Counted from the stretch's first letter, positions 21,182 to 34,148 are shown. The stretch: 64,000 nucleotides of DNA from Dendrobates tinctorius (GCF_039654945.1 NW_027362023.1:1-64000); one strand, 5' to 3'. Translations and numbers: made by a program. Notes: generated from the letters alone by a model not told the origin.

Positions 21182-23086
21182 GGCAGCGGAGGTCCCCGAC
21201 CGAGCACTGCACCCCCTACAGGGGAGAAAAGCGGGAGATCAAATCCACAGAAGGGATCAGAGGCCGACAAGTCAGCTCTCACCCTGATTACCAAGAATCG
21301 ACCATGCCAAATGTGGCAGCGGAGGTCCCCGACTGAGCACTGCACCCCCTACAGGGGAAAAAAGGGGGAGATCAAATCCACATAAGGGATCAGAGGCCAA
21401 CAAGTCAGCTCTCACCCTGATTACCAAGAATCGACCATGCCAAATGTGGCAGCGGAGGTCCCCGACCGAGCACTGCACCCCCTACAGGGGAAAAAAGGGG
21501 GAGATCAAATCCACAGAAGGGATCAGAGGCCAACAAGTCAGCTCTCGCCCTGATTACCAAGAATCGACAACGCCAAATGTGGCAGCGGAGGTCCCCGACC
21601 GAGCACTGCACCCCCTACAGGGGAAAAAAGGGGGAGATCAAATCCACAGAAGGGATCAGAGGCCAACAAGTCAGCTCTCGCCCTGATTACCAAGAATCGA
21701 CAACGCCAAATGCGGCAGTGGAGGTCCCCGACCGAGCACTGCACCCCCTACAGGGGAAAAAAGGGGGAGATCAAATCCACAGAAGGGATCAGAGGCCGAC
21801 AAGTCAGCTCTCGCCCTGATTACCAAGAATCGACAACGCCAAATGCGGCAGCGGAGGTCCCCGACCGAGCACTGCACCCCCTACAGGGAAGAAAAGGGGG
21901 AGATCAAATCCACAGAAGGGATCAGAGGCCGACAAGTCAGCTCTCGCCCTGATTACCAAGAATCGACCACGCCAAATGTGGCAGCGGAGGTCCCCGACCG
22001 AGCACTGCACCCCCTACAGGGAAGAAAAGGGGGAGATCAAATCCACAGAAGGGATCAGAGGCCGACAAGTCAGCTCTCGCCCTGATTACCAAGAATCGAC
22101 CACGCCAAATGTGGCTGCGGAGGTCCCCGACCGAGCACTGCACCCCCTACAGGGGAGAAAAGGGGGAGATCAAATCCACAGAAGGGATCAGAGGCCGACA
22201 AGTCAGCTCTCGCCCTGATTACCAAGAATCGACAACGCCAAATGTGGCAGCGGAGGTCCCCGACCGAGCACTGCACCCCCTACAGGGGAGAAAAGGGGGA
22301 GATCAAATCCACAGAAGGGATCAGAGGCCGACAAGTCAGCTCTCGCCCTGATTACCAAGAATCGACAACGTCAACTGCGGCAGCGGAGGTCCCCGACCGA
22401 GCACTGCACCCCCTACAGGGGAAAAAAGGGGGAGATCAAATCCACAGAAGGGATCAGAGGCCGACAAGTCAGCTCTCGCCCTGATTACCAAGAATCGACA
22501 ACGTCAACTGCGGCAGCGGAGGTCCCCGACCGAGCACTGCACCCCCTACAGGGGAGAAAAGGGGGAGATCAAATCCACAGAAGGGATCAGAGGCCGACAA
22601 GTCAGCTCTCGCCCTGATTACCAAGAATCGACAACGTCAACTGCGGCAGCGGAGGTCCCCGACCGAGCACTGCACCCCCTACAGGGGAAAAAAGGGGGAG
22701 ATCAAATCCACAGAAGGGATCAGAGGCCGACAAGTCAGCTCTCGCCCTGATTACCAAGAATCGACAACGCCAACTGCGGCAGCGGAGGTCCCCGACCGAG
22801 CACTGCACCCCCTACAGGGGAGAAAAGGGGGAGATCAAATCCACAGAAGGGATCAGAGGCCGACAAGTCAGCTCTCGCCCTGATTACCAAGAATCGACAA
22901 CGTCAACTGCGGCAGCGGAGGTCCCCGACCGAGCACTGCACCCCCTACAGGGGAGAAAAGGGGGAGATCAAATCCACAGAAGGGATCAGAGGCCGACAAG
23001 TCAGCTCTCGCCCTGATTACCAAGAATCGACAACGCCAAATGTGGCAGTGGAGGTCCCCGACCGAGCACTGCACCCCCTGCAGGGA
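21182..23086. repeat. 133-bp tandem repeat, ~14 copies
   Basis: ORF track recurs at exact 133-bp offsets; units near-identical. Confidence 0.97.
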
Positions 23087-24212
23087 AGGTCAGAACCAAA
23101 ACCACATAAAGCATCAGACCTCTGACTTATCTCCTGCAGCGCCAAATCTGATTTCTGACAATCTGGCAGTGGAGGAAACTTTAGGAAGGCCGTGGGGCAG
23201 CCCCCCCCCCGTGGTGGCTACAATTGCTTGTATTCTGAGAATGATTTGAGCCTGGTTCACCTGGCTGATAACAGGGAACAATAACCCGCACTCACAGCAG
23301 ATGGAGGGGACAGACTGCCGTTTACGGGACCGTACACCAGGAATGAGTCTGACTCCTGGCCCCTAATCCTGACAATAAGGGTCCTGGTCCTACCCATATG
23401 CACTGAGGGGGCACGGCTGCTTCCCATGGGGCATCACAGTGGGGATCATTGAGGGTCCCAGCAGTCGCACCCTCATTGATCAGCAAGGGGCCAAGATGTG
23501 ACATCTCATTGTGGCTGTGGATTTTTTCTGGTGCTTCTCTGTAGGGCTCCTATACAAAAGTCCAGATCACAAGCCCCGGCAGGTCAGGAGTTAAATCCTC
23601 GGTTTCTGCATTGATACATTGTATCTATAGATGTATCTCTGCTGGTTCCGCCTCCCTGACACATTACTGCAGGCTTTGTATCAGTTCCCAGGAAATCATG
23701 AGGGATTTTCCGGCCTCGGTCTTCTTAGGAAAAGGAACCTGCCAGCGCTGTGATTGGCTGCGCTCTGCTCTCATGCTCCGCCCACAGCTTTATCAGGATT
23801 TCTTAGAAAGGGCCTAGTTCCACTGAAATGCAGAGGAGGAGGGTGGAGGTTGTGATCTGCACATGACGTTACTGTGGACCTGGCTCCCTGCCACCTGGAG
23901 CCGCTGCCTTCAAGTGACATATACAGTACCTGACCTATAGCCGCAGGTACCGCAGGACCCCTGCAGAGCCATGACGACTCCGCTCACAGTCTAGGAAAGG
24001 GATTCCACAAAACCTCCCTCTACATGTTATTTCTGCTCCTAGGAAAGTTGGGTGACATGTACTGCCACAGTGACCGCTCAGGTTGTCAGCCAGCTATCTG
24101 TGCCAGGGGCATCACCAGCGTGGGCAGGGGCCTAGGAAAGCCGGGCACCCACCAACAGCGGGCACGACTGGTACGTCTGCCCGGGTACGGCTATCCTGGG
24201 GGGAGGTGACGA

Positions 24213-26950
24213 TATTCTATTACTTCCCGTTATCAGCCATTACTGGGGAAGGAGACTGTAGGACGGGAGACTACAATCTATTACTCCCCGTTATCAGCCA
24301 TTACTGGGGGAGGAGACTGTAGGACAGGAGACTACAATCTATTACTCCCTGTTATCAGCCATTACTGGGGAGGAGACTGTAGGACGGGAGACTACAATCT
24401 ATTACTTCCCGTTATCAGCCATTACTGGGGAGGAGACTGTAGGACGGGAGACTACAATCTATTACTCCCTGTTATCAGCCATTACTGGGGGAGGAGACTG
24501 TAGGACGGGAGACTACAATCAATTACTTCCCGTTATCAGTCATTACTGGGGAGGAGACTGTAGGACAGGAGACTCTAATCTATTACTCCCTGTTATTATT
24601 ATTATTATTATTTATTATTATTATAGCGCCATTTATTCCATGGCGCTTTACATGTGAGGGGGGTATACATAAAAACAAGTACAATAATCTTAAACAATAC
24701 AAGTCATAACTGGTACAGGAGGAGAGAGGACCCTGCCCGCGAGGGCTCACAATCTTCAAGGGATGGGTGATAATACAGTAGGCGAGGGTAGAGCTGGTCG
24801 TGCAGCGGTTTGGTCGATCGGTGGTTACTGCAGGTTATAGGCTTGTCGGAAGAGGTGGGTCTTCAGGCTCTTTTTGAAGGTTTCGATGGTAGGTGAGAGT
24901 CTGATATGTTGTGGTAGAGAGTTCCAGAGTAGGGGTGATGCGCGAGAGAAATCTTGTATGCGATTGTGGGAAGAGGAGATAAGAGGGGAGTAGAGAAGGA
25001 GATCTTGTGAGGATCGGAGGTTGCGTGCAGGAAAGTACCGGGAGACGAGGTCACAGATGTATGGAGGAGACAAGTTGTGGATGGCTTTGTATGTCATGGT
25101 TAGGGTTTTGTAATGGAGTCTCTGGGCAATTGGGAGCCAGTGAAGGGATTGACAGAGGGGAGAAGCTGGGGAATAGCGGGGGGGACAGGTGGATTAGTCG
25201 GGCAGCAGAGTTTAGAATAGATTGGAGGGGTGCGAGAGTGTTTGAGGGGAGGCCGCAGAGCATGAGGTTGCAGTAGTCAAGGCGAGAGATGATGAGGGCA
25301 TGGACTAGGGTTTTTGCAGATTCTTGGGTGAGGAATGAACGGATGCGTGAAATATTTTTGAGTTGAAGTCGGCAGGAAGTGGAAAGGGTTTGGATATGTG
25401 GTTTGAAGGAGAGATCAGCATCAAGGATTACTCCGAGGCAGCGAGCTTGTGGGACTGGGGAGAGTGGGCAGTCATTTACTGTAATTGATAGGTTCGTAGG
25501 GGGGGTCACGTGAGATGGGGGAAAGATGATGAATTCTGTTTTGTCCATGTTGAGTTTCAGATATCTAGTGGAGAAGAAGGATGAAATTGTGGACAGACAT
25601 TGAGGGATTCTGGTTAGTAGGGAGGTGATATCTGGTCCAGAGATGTAGATCTGTGTGTCATCAGCATAAAGATGATACTGAAAGCCATGAGATTCTATGA
25701 GCTGTCCCAGGCCAAAGGTGTAAATAGAGAACAGCAGGGGCCCTAGGACTGAACCTTGTGGGACTCCGACAGATAGGGGGCGAGGTGAGGAGGTGGTGTG
25801 TGAGTGGGAGACGCTGAATGTCCGGTCTGTTAGGTATGATGAGATCCAGGAGAGGGCCAAGTCTGTGATGCCGAGGGATGAGAGGGTCTGTAATAATAGG
25901 GAATGGTCCACTGTGTCAAAGGCAGCCGACAGGTCCAGGAGGAGGAGGACAGAGTAGTGTCGCTTGCTCTTGGCAGTTAAGAGGTCATTGGTGACCTTAG
26001 TAAGGGCAGTTTCAGTGGAGTGGTGTGACCGGAAGCCAGATTGTAAGCGGTCGAAGAGGGAGCAAGAAGAGAGATGGGAGGACAGTTCAAGGTAGACGTG
26101 TTGTTCCAGTAGCTTGGAGGCGTATGGGAGAAGTGATATAGGGCGATAGCTAGATACAGAGGATGGGTCAAGAGAGGGCTTTTTGAGGATAGGTGTGATG
26201 GAGGCATGTTTAAAGCTTGAGGGGAAAACACCAGTTGTTAGTGATAGGTTGAAGAGATGGGTTAGGGTTGGGATGAAGACTGTGGTGAGGTTTGGGATGA
26301 AGTGGGATGGGATCGGGTCGAGTGCACAGGTGGTGAGATGTGATCTTGAGAGTAGAGTGGAGAGTCGATCTTCTGTAATGGTGGAGAAGTTATCAGCCAT
26401 TACTGGGGAGGAGACTGTAGGACAGGAGACTACAATCTATTACTCCCCGTTATCAGCCATTACTGGGGAGGAGACTCTAGGACAGGAGACTACAATCTAT
26501 TACTCCCCGTTATCAGCCATTACTGGGGAGGAGACTGTAGGACAGGAGACTACAATCAATTACTTCCCGTTATCAGCCATTACTGGGGAGGAGACTCTAG
26601 GACGGGAGACTACAATCAAGTACTTCCCGTTATCAGCCATTACTGGGGAGGAGACTGTGGGACAGGAGACTACAATCTATTACTCCCTGTTATCAGCCAT
26701 TACTGGGGGAGGAGACTGTAGGACAGGAGACTACAATCTATTACTCCCTGTTATCAGCCATTACTGGGGAGGAGACTGTAGGACAGGAGACTACAATCTA
26801 TTACTTCCCGTTATCAGCCATTACTGGGGAGGAGACTGTAGGACAGGAGACTACAATCTATTACTCCCTGTTATCAGCCATTACTGGGGAGGAGACTGTA
26901 GGACAGGAGACTACAATCTATTACTTCCCGTTATCAGCCATTACTGGGGA
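24213..26950 (+). repeat. 60-61 bp minisatellite (TTATCAGCCATTACTGGGGAGGAGACTGTAGGACAGGAGACTACAATCTATTACTCCCCG) split by an L2 insertion
   Basis: Copies at 24213-24596 and 26389-26950. Confidence 0.95.
24597..26388 (-). mobile_element. 5'-truncated L2-clade LINE, young copy with open RT domain
   Basis: ORF 26400-25051 with [35 protein letters not shown]; C-terminus TFKKSLKTHLF in the next frame; 3' stem-loop agcgccatttattccatggcgct and (TAA)n tail; GTTAT on both sides. Confidence 0.95.
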
Positions 26951-27689
26951 GTGATTACCCTCTAGTACTCCTCTTATAATGCTGCTGTACTTTTATGAGT
27001 TTGGGCTGTTGGGTTATTGTCCCTTAATATTCTGGACAGTAGGGCACAGACAGCGCTCCAGTTCTGACTGCGGCAGTGTTAGTCGGGGCCCCTGATGTGC
27101 CGGGGGCCCTGGCCGGGGTGTGTGCAGGGATCTGGGCAGCTTCCCTGCGCAGTCGCTCTCCCTCCTGCTTCTGTCTCTGCTCAGATTCTCAGAAATACTG
27201 TGCGGAGCGTTTCCTGGTAAACCCTGTGTTCTGCTGAGGACGAGGAGGGGGGAGAAGTCTCAGAAATATTTGTGTCTGTAAAGTGTAACTCTGCCCGGGG
27301 GCTGAATGTGGAGAACGTCTACCGGAGGAATAATTGGCAGCGGATTGTGGAAGAAGACAGGTTCACATGAGGGAGAGTCGGCGATACGACTAGGGAGAGG
27401 AGATATCGCCACGTCACCAGGATCCCTCCAACATCACCCAAAAAAGTCAGGGTGATAAGAGCCGAACAAGAGACCCCTCCAAAAGCAGGAGGGGGCACAT
27501 GAACCGACTCCGGCGCTGAAGAGGCACAGAAACCCTATAACAGCTTTTTGTACATGGGGATTACTAATTTTGGAGATTCCGTTTGTCTGGGGTGGGATAG
27601 CGCCCCTCTTATGGAGGAAATCCAGTATGCTTTCACTGTTCACCCAGGGATCATTGCCTGTTAATGAGGCTATAGGGGGGCAGTAGACT

Positions 27690-29150
27690 GGGGTGCTCTG
27701 TAATGGGGTCACTATACTAGGGTGCTCTGTAATAGGGGCACTATACTAGGGCTCTCTGTAATGGGGGCACTATACTAGGGCTCTCTGTAATGGGGGCACT
27801 ATACTAGGGTGCTCTGTAATTGGGGCACTATACTAGGGTGCTGTGTAATTGGGGCACTATACTAGGGTGCTGTGTAATGGGGGCGCTATACTAGGGCGCT
27901 CTGTAATGGGGGCACTATACTAGGGCGCTCTGTAATGGGGGCACTATACTAGGGTGCTCTGTAATGGGGGCACTATACTAGGGCGCTCTGTAGTGGGGGC
28001 ACTATACTAGGGCGCTCTGTAGTGGGGGCACTATACTAGGGCGCTCTGTAGTGGGGGCACTATACTAGGGTGCTCTGTAGTGGGGGCACTATACTAGGGC
28101 GCTCTGTAGTGGGGGCACTGTACTAGGGCGCTCTGTAGTGGGTGCACTGTACTAGGGCGATCTGTAATGGCACTATACTTGGGAGCTCTGTAATGGGGCA
28201 CTGTACTAGGGCGCTCTGTAATGGGACACTGTACTAGGGCGCTCTGTAATGGGGGCACTGTATTAGGGCGCTCTGTAGTGGGGGCAATGTACTAGGGGCG
28301 CTCTGTAGTTGGGGCACTATACTAGGGCGCTCTGTAGTGGGGGCACTGTACTAGGGCGCTCTGTACTGGGGGCACTGTACTAGGGTGCTCTGTACTAGGG
28401 TGTTCTGTAGTGGGGGCACTGTACTAGGGTGCTCTGTAGTGGGGGCACTATACTAGGGCGCTCTGTAATGGGGGCACTGTACTAGGGCACTCTGTAATGG
28501 GGCACTGTACTAGGGCGCTCTGTAGTGGGGGCACTGTACTAGGGTGCTCTGTAGTGGGGGCACTATACTAGGGTGCTCTGTAGTGGGGGCACTATACTAG
28601 GGCGCTCTGTAATGGGGGCACTGTACAAGGGCGCTCTGTAATGGGGGCACTGTACAAGGGCGCTCTGTAATGGGGGCACTGTACAAGGGCGCTCTGTAAT
28701 GGGGTCACTGTACAAGGGCGCTCTGTAATGGGGGCACTGTACAAGGGCGCTCTGTAGTGGGGGCACTGTACTAGGGCGCTCTGTAGTGGGGGCACTGTAC
28801 TAGGGCGCTCTGTAGTGGGGGCACTGTACAAGGGCGCTCTGTAGTGGGGGCACTGTACAAGGGCGCTCTAGTGGGGGCACTGTACTAGGGCGCTCTGTAG
28901 TGGGGGCACTGTACTAGGGCTCTCTGTAATGGGGCACTATACTAGGGCGCTCTGTAATGATTGCACTGTACTATGGCGCTCTTTAATGAGGGCATTCTAT
29001 AGCTGTGCTCTCTAATAGGAGCACGCTATACTATAATACTCTCTAATGGGAGCCCTCTCAACCATAATACTTTAATAGCGGCACACTCTTAACAGCAGCA
29101 CTCTATAGCTGTGCACTCTCTATAGCAGGGCACTCTCTAATAGCAGGGTA
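27690..29150. repeat. 29-bp minisatellite (GGGGGCACTGTACTAGGGCGCTCTGTAGT), degenerating at the right end
   Basis: Tandem copies visible. Confidence 0.93.
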
Positions 29151-30244
29151 CTTTCTGGGAGCACTTCATACTACGGCACTCTCATCGGGGCTCTCACTCA
29201 GAAGCTTTCTTTTTACATCCCTGTATGGATTATTTCCGGGGTTTTTCAGTAATCACAGGACAGCGGATTTATTGTTCAGGGCCCTGGGAAAGCTGGGTAA
29301 TGTTCCTGCATACATGACCGCTGCAGGGGAGTGCTGCTTCCCATGATGCATTGCTGTACTCTTGGAGGACTTCTCGCTGGATCTCTTGTCGCGGCCCCCT
29401 GTTTTTTGTACTCTTCCTCTTCTGTGCCTCTCCATCACATAGTTCTGCCCCCTGGTATTGTGTAAATTTGCTTTTTCCCCTCTGATTCTGAGCAATCGCA
29501 GCTTTACTAGAAACAGTGGGGCAGCGACGATTAGAGGAGGGTCTGGGTATAAAAGATCCAGCGAGAGGTCTCCAGGCCGAGCGGCCGGACCACCAACTGG
29601 CCCGAGGGCGATAAGTAACCAGTGTAGCTGAACGTCGGCGATTCTACAAGCGTGAAAGGGTTAAGGACAATTTAGAATATCAGTTGGAGGAAGCAGAATG
29701 ATACATTGTCACCTCATTGCCTTTCTTTATAGTGAGTTATTAACCCTTAGTGGTGCCGAGAAAACAGTCGTTTTCCCTCGGTCTCCTCTGACTTTCATGT
29801 TGGCATTGCGGCTGAAGGATTCCTATAGACGCCCCTTTAAGTGAGCGGGGTTTATACGATCCTCAGTAATGTCTTCTGCTACAGTGTGAACTGCTCTGTA
29901 TTATGCCGTAATATGTCATATACTGCACTAATGTACGGCAGCTATATGACGGAGCAGTTGCTCTTTAAATCTTCTGTACTGTTAGTAACTCTTTATATCT
30001 GTCCCTGGGAAAGCTGGATGACAACCAACATGGCCGGCGTAATAGATCTTTCCCAGACTCCCGAACTTTGCCTGCACATTTGCCTTTTAGGGCTATAGGA
30101 AAGTTAAGTGTCTGCCCTTGTGATGGCGGGCCACACTGATGGTCACCCAGCTTTCCCAGTGCTAGATTTAATCCCGAGGACTTGATATGAGATGAAAAAG
30201 CTCTTTAAATAATCACAGGACGACTACGTTAGTAAGAAATCCTA

Positions 30245-30250
30245 TTTATT
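30245..30250 (-). terminator. Candidate CISH polyadenylation signal AATAAA
   Basis: tttatt on + strand ~390 nt beyond the stop codon. An alternative lies at 29268-29273. Confidence 0.5.
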
Positions 30251-30632
30251 GTTATCTCCAGCGGCCAGACGGAAAGGTTCCCCCCCACGTCATCGCCACG
30301 CAACCACTAAAGTGCATCTCTGCCGCCTTATCAGGGCACAGCAGAGGGGTCCGCGGTGGTCTATCAGCGACTACGCCCACGGGACAAGTCCAGACAATAG
30401 CCGCGCTCCACTGTAGGACGGGTGGTTACAGGGTACGCAGGGTATAATCCTCCGCGGGCACCAGTTCTGAGGGGCATGGGAAGCCCATCCTGGGGGAATC
30501 ATCTACTGACAAAGTATAAAACCCCCAGAAAAAAAAAAAAAAAAAAATAGTAGAGGGCAGGGGGCTTCATAATAAATAGTGTGTCTATGTACAGTGTTGG
30601 ACGTATGGTGGAAGTGCGAGTAGTAATGGCAG

Positions 30633-32754
30633 TCAGAGCTTGAATGGGTATCGCTGCAGGTACTCCACCATCCTCCGGGGCAGGGGCAGCTGTGTGAGGT
30701 CGGAGCCCGGCGCCACGCTGCGGCTGATCTGGAGCCGGCACAGATGCTGTAGACTCGGGCTTTCTGTGCTTCGGTGCAGCGGTTGCAGGAGCTTGAGGTG
30801 CACTGCAGCCGGCTCTTTAGGGGAGGTGGGTGCGGGGGGCGACTGGCTGGCGGGGTCCTTGGAGCTCTCAGAGTTGCAGGACGAGACGTAATATTGCACC
30901 AAGCTGACGACGTCGGGGAAGGAGAGGATCCGCGGCTTAGACAGCCAGTTAGAGTCCAGCCGGAAGAGACTGTCCGAGTACTCGATGCGAACGTTCGTGG
31001 GTCCGCGGTTCGTCCGGACTGATAAAGTAAAGAGGTAACTGGGGTGTGTGCTGTCCCGCACCAGGAAGACGCCTTCTGGCATTTTCTGGAGTCTCTGTTT
31101 GGCCTCGGTGGCGGTAATCGGCCCCCAATACCAACCTGAAAGGGGGAGAGAAAGCGACAACTTGTAGGAACGGCAAAATGAAGATCATCAACCCAAAACT
31201 CCCCAGACCCAATACTCCCGGCGTCTTCTGTCCTGCTGTTAAATGACTAATTCACGGCAGTTCTATCCATTTGTAGGAAAGCTGGGTGACAACTGTTACA
31301 GCAGCCGGCATAGATCCTGTGGGGTTGTCACTCAGCTTTCCCAGACTCCTGAACGGCAGTAGATCGTTTTGTAGTGATACTTTCACTGCTCCATTCCAGG
31401 CTCCCAAAAAGCTGAGTGACATCTGTCCCGGGGCCGAGTCTGGAACAACGAGGAAACCTCTGAACAGGGAACGTGACTGTGCGACAGAAGACGCCGGAGA
31501 CTTCACAGCACAGAATCCAGAAGGAAAAAACAAATCTGTCCAATTTACACAAAAATAAAAAAATGCAGAAAAAATTCTGACTTCTGTTCATACCAAAAAG
31601 ACGCTCCGCGGATTGTCATAAAGCTCAAATAATTCAGAAAATGCTTCCATCAAAAAGTTAATTAAGAAAGTGTCCAGGATCATTGGGGTTAAACGCGGAG
31701 CTATTTTGCAGAGCAAACTTTGTGCCGTGTCCCATCTGACGCCGTGGAGTGTCGGCCTCGGGTCCAAACCCATTCGTGTCGCGTTCCAGCTTTGTACACG
31801 TGGCCGCTCGGGTCTGTGAATACACAGAGATCTGGGAGCGTCCGACCGCCGCTGCGGCGCGTGAGACCGCGGGAGAAAAGCCGACGTGACGCCGATTATT
31901 CCCTTTGTAGCTTTTTTTCCTGTTTTTTTTTTCAATCCGACATAAATAGCGCCGTCATCTCCCAACATTCGCCCCCTGCGGCAGCCGGGACGGCGTCCAT
32001 CGGAGGGGGAGTACAAGCGATTCCCAATGCTGCTGACGTCGTCGCTTTCGCTCTTAAGTGTTAGCGCCCCTTTTTATTCCTTGAGGTGTATTATTATTTT
32101 CGCATCCACCGCTGTAATGTGTCACCGTGAGCTAATGGCGTCCGGTGTGGCCCGTCACAGCCGATGCCATCTCTGGTGAGGGTGGTGGGACGATAAGTCG
32201 TTTGCCAGGAAAGTGTTACTTAAAGGGACCCCCCATTTCTATATATACACTTATGGAGAACCGCCCCAATTAAAAGGTTCGCTCAGCTTCCAGCGGGTTT
32301 TGGGGTCTTACCAGATTCCCGGAGATAGCAGAACGTCTTGGCGATGCAGAGAAGATCTTCCTCTGGGTCCCTGATGTCCTGCGGAGGGGGCGGCAGCTCC
32401 TGGGGCTCAGATGCCCTTGGGGGCACTTCAGGTGCAGTCAGTGGGGGCCCCGGACAAGCGGGAGGGTTCAGGGGGTGCATGACTTGGTCAGCTGCAAAGC
32501 CTGGGACCCCCACACAAGATGAAGGTCGACAAATCCTTTGCTCTGCCAACAGGCTCTGTGGACTGGAAGAAAGAGAGGCGTTAAACGGATGCAGGTGGAG
32601 AGGACTTTAGTGCATCAGAAGAAAATCCCGTGACGTGCGGAGTCCTTCAGCGGAGCGACACAATAACCTCAGGCGTCACGTTGTCCTGCGCTGCGGAATA
32701 GGGCGCCGCTATCGGACTAATGAGCGTCTCTTACCTTCTCACACAAAGGATCAT
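30633..32754 (-). CDS. CISH: Cytokine-inducible SH2-containing protein (CIS), 257 aa, 3 coding exons
   Basis: complement(join(30633-31135,32312-32562,32735-32754)) = 774 nt, GT-AG. MILCVR start, [20 protein letters not shown]|WYWG, SH2 [21 protein letters not shown] box SLQHLCRL...[18 protein letters not shown]. Confidence 0.97.
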
Positions 32755-32940
32755 ATCCGTCCAGGAAGAGCGGAAAGGCATGTGTGTCCCACCGCAGAGA
32801 CCTCGACAGCAGGGAAAGGGGCGACTGTCCGAAAATCCACGATTTGTCAGATAATTAAATGGCGCTGCTGAGCGCCGGCGCCTGTGTCCTCTGCGCGCGG
32901 ATCGCTGCTTTCTAACCCCGTGCTGCCGCTGCGCTGCGTC

Positions 32941-33021
32941 TATATATAGTGGCATTGGGTGTGTGTTGTCCCAGGGTAAGAGCAGAACTCGGCTAATATA
33001 TTTCCAAGAACTTTCCAGGAA
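32941..33021 (-). promoter_or_regulatory. CISH proximal promoter: TATA box plus tandem STAT5 (GAS) sites
   Basis: TATATATA at 32941-32948; TTCCAAGAA (33002-33010) and TTCCAGGAA (33013-33021) 2 bp apart, i.e. TTCCTGGAA-AG-TTCTTGGAA on the gene strand. CISH is an established STAT5 target. Confidence 0.85.
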
Positions 33022-33295
33022 AAGAAGGCAGAACTATGTAAATCCACCAATGGCCGGGGGCCGGAGGAGGAGTGTCCCCGCTGCCTGCACTGTCCTCAGC
33101 CGCTGGGGTGATAGCAAGTGCTGCAGAGCAAGGCAGGGGCTTCTGCTGGCACCAGAAGGGTTAATTATATTTTATTTCTCCTGATTCCAGGGAATTGGTT
33201 TGATTCCAGAAATTCCACCAGACATTCCTCCTCTGCTGCCTCCCTGCAGCCATTACGTGGTCACACAGGCACGTTGCGATATATTTAGCTCGACA

Positions 33296-33425
33296 AGCAG
33301 CGGAAGTGGCCTCATGTCTCATTCCTGGAGCCGCGGGTGGAGGGCGCCTCGGACCCGCACGGGTCGGAAGCGGAGAGCCGGCATCTGGTGCCCCCCGCCG
33401 GACTGCCAGTGACGTCACGTACCGC
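33296..33425. promoter_or_regulatory. CpG-rich upstream element with ETS (CGGAAG) and full CRE (TGACGTCA) sites; possible divergent MAPKAPK3 promoter
   Basis: CGGAAGTG at 33301, CGGAAG at 33365, GTGACGTCAC at 33409-33418. Confidence 0.45.
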
Positions 33426-33650
33426 CAGAGATGATGACGATCATTGGCGCCTGTGGCCCCCACCGGTTTATAGGGTTCTCCACTTTGGATCGTCTCTACG
33501 TGTTCGAAGGGTCCCTTGACAATTCTCTGATCACATAGCGATCCAGTGATCTGTAGGGTAAACCTACCCCGGGGGCTACATTTCCCTCCAGCGCCACCAC
33601 AGGATAAATGAAATATTACACCATGTCTATTCTCTTGTCTTTGTGCCCTC

Positions 33651-34148
33651 AGCATGTGTGTCCTCCAACACTCAGCTCATTAGGTGGAGGGGACTGAGCC
33701 TGTGTGTCCTCCAGCACTCGGCTCATTAGGTGGAGGGGAATGAGCCTGTGTGTCCTCCAGCGCTCAGCTCATTAGGTGGAGAGGACTGAGAGTGTGTCCT
33801 CCAGCACTCTGCTCATTAGGTGGAGGGGACTGAGCGTGTGTGTCCTCCAGCACTCTGCTCATTAGGTGGAGGGGACTGAGCATGTGTGTCCTCCAGCACT
33901 CAGCTCATTAGGTGGAGGGGACTGAGCTGTTGTGTCCTCCAGGACTCTGCTCATTAGGTCGAGGTGACTGAGCGTGTGTGTCCTCCAGCACTCTGCTCAT
34001 TAGGTGGAGGGGACTGAGCTTTTGTTTTCTCCAGCACACCTCTCATTAGGTGGAGGGGACTGAGCATGTGTGTCCTCCAGCACTCAGCTCATTAGGTGGA
34101 GGGGACTGAGCATGTGTGTCCTCCAGCACTCGGCTCATTAGGTGGAGG
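33651..34148. repeat. 46-bp minisatellite, ~11 copies
   Basis: Unit GCATGTGTGTCCTCCAGCACTCAGCTCATTAGGTGGAGGGGACTGA. Confidence 0.93.

Noticed and set aside
21182-23086. CRISPR-like regular array
   Set aside because: No unique spacers, no cas genes, and vertebrate context. The same applies to the other arrays.
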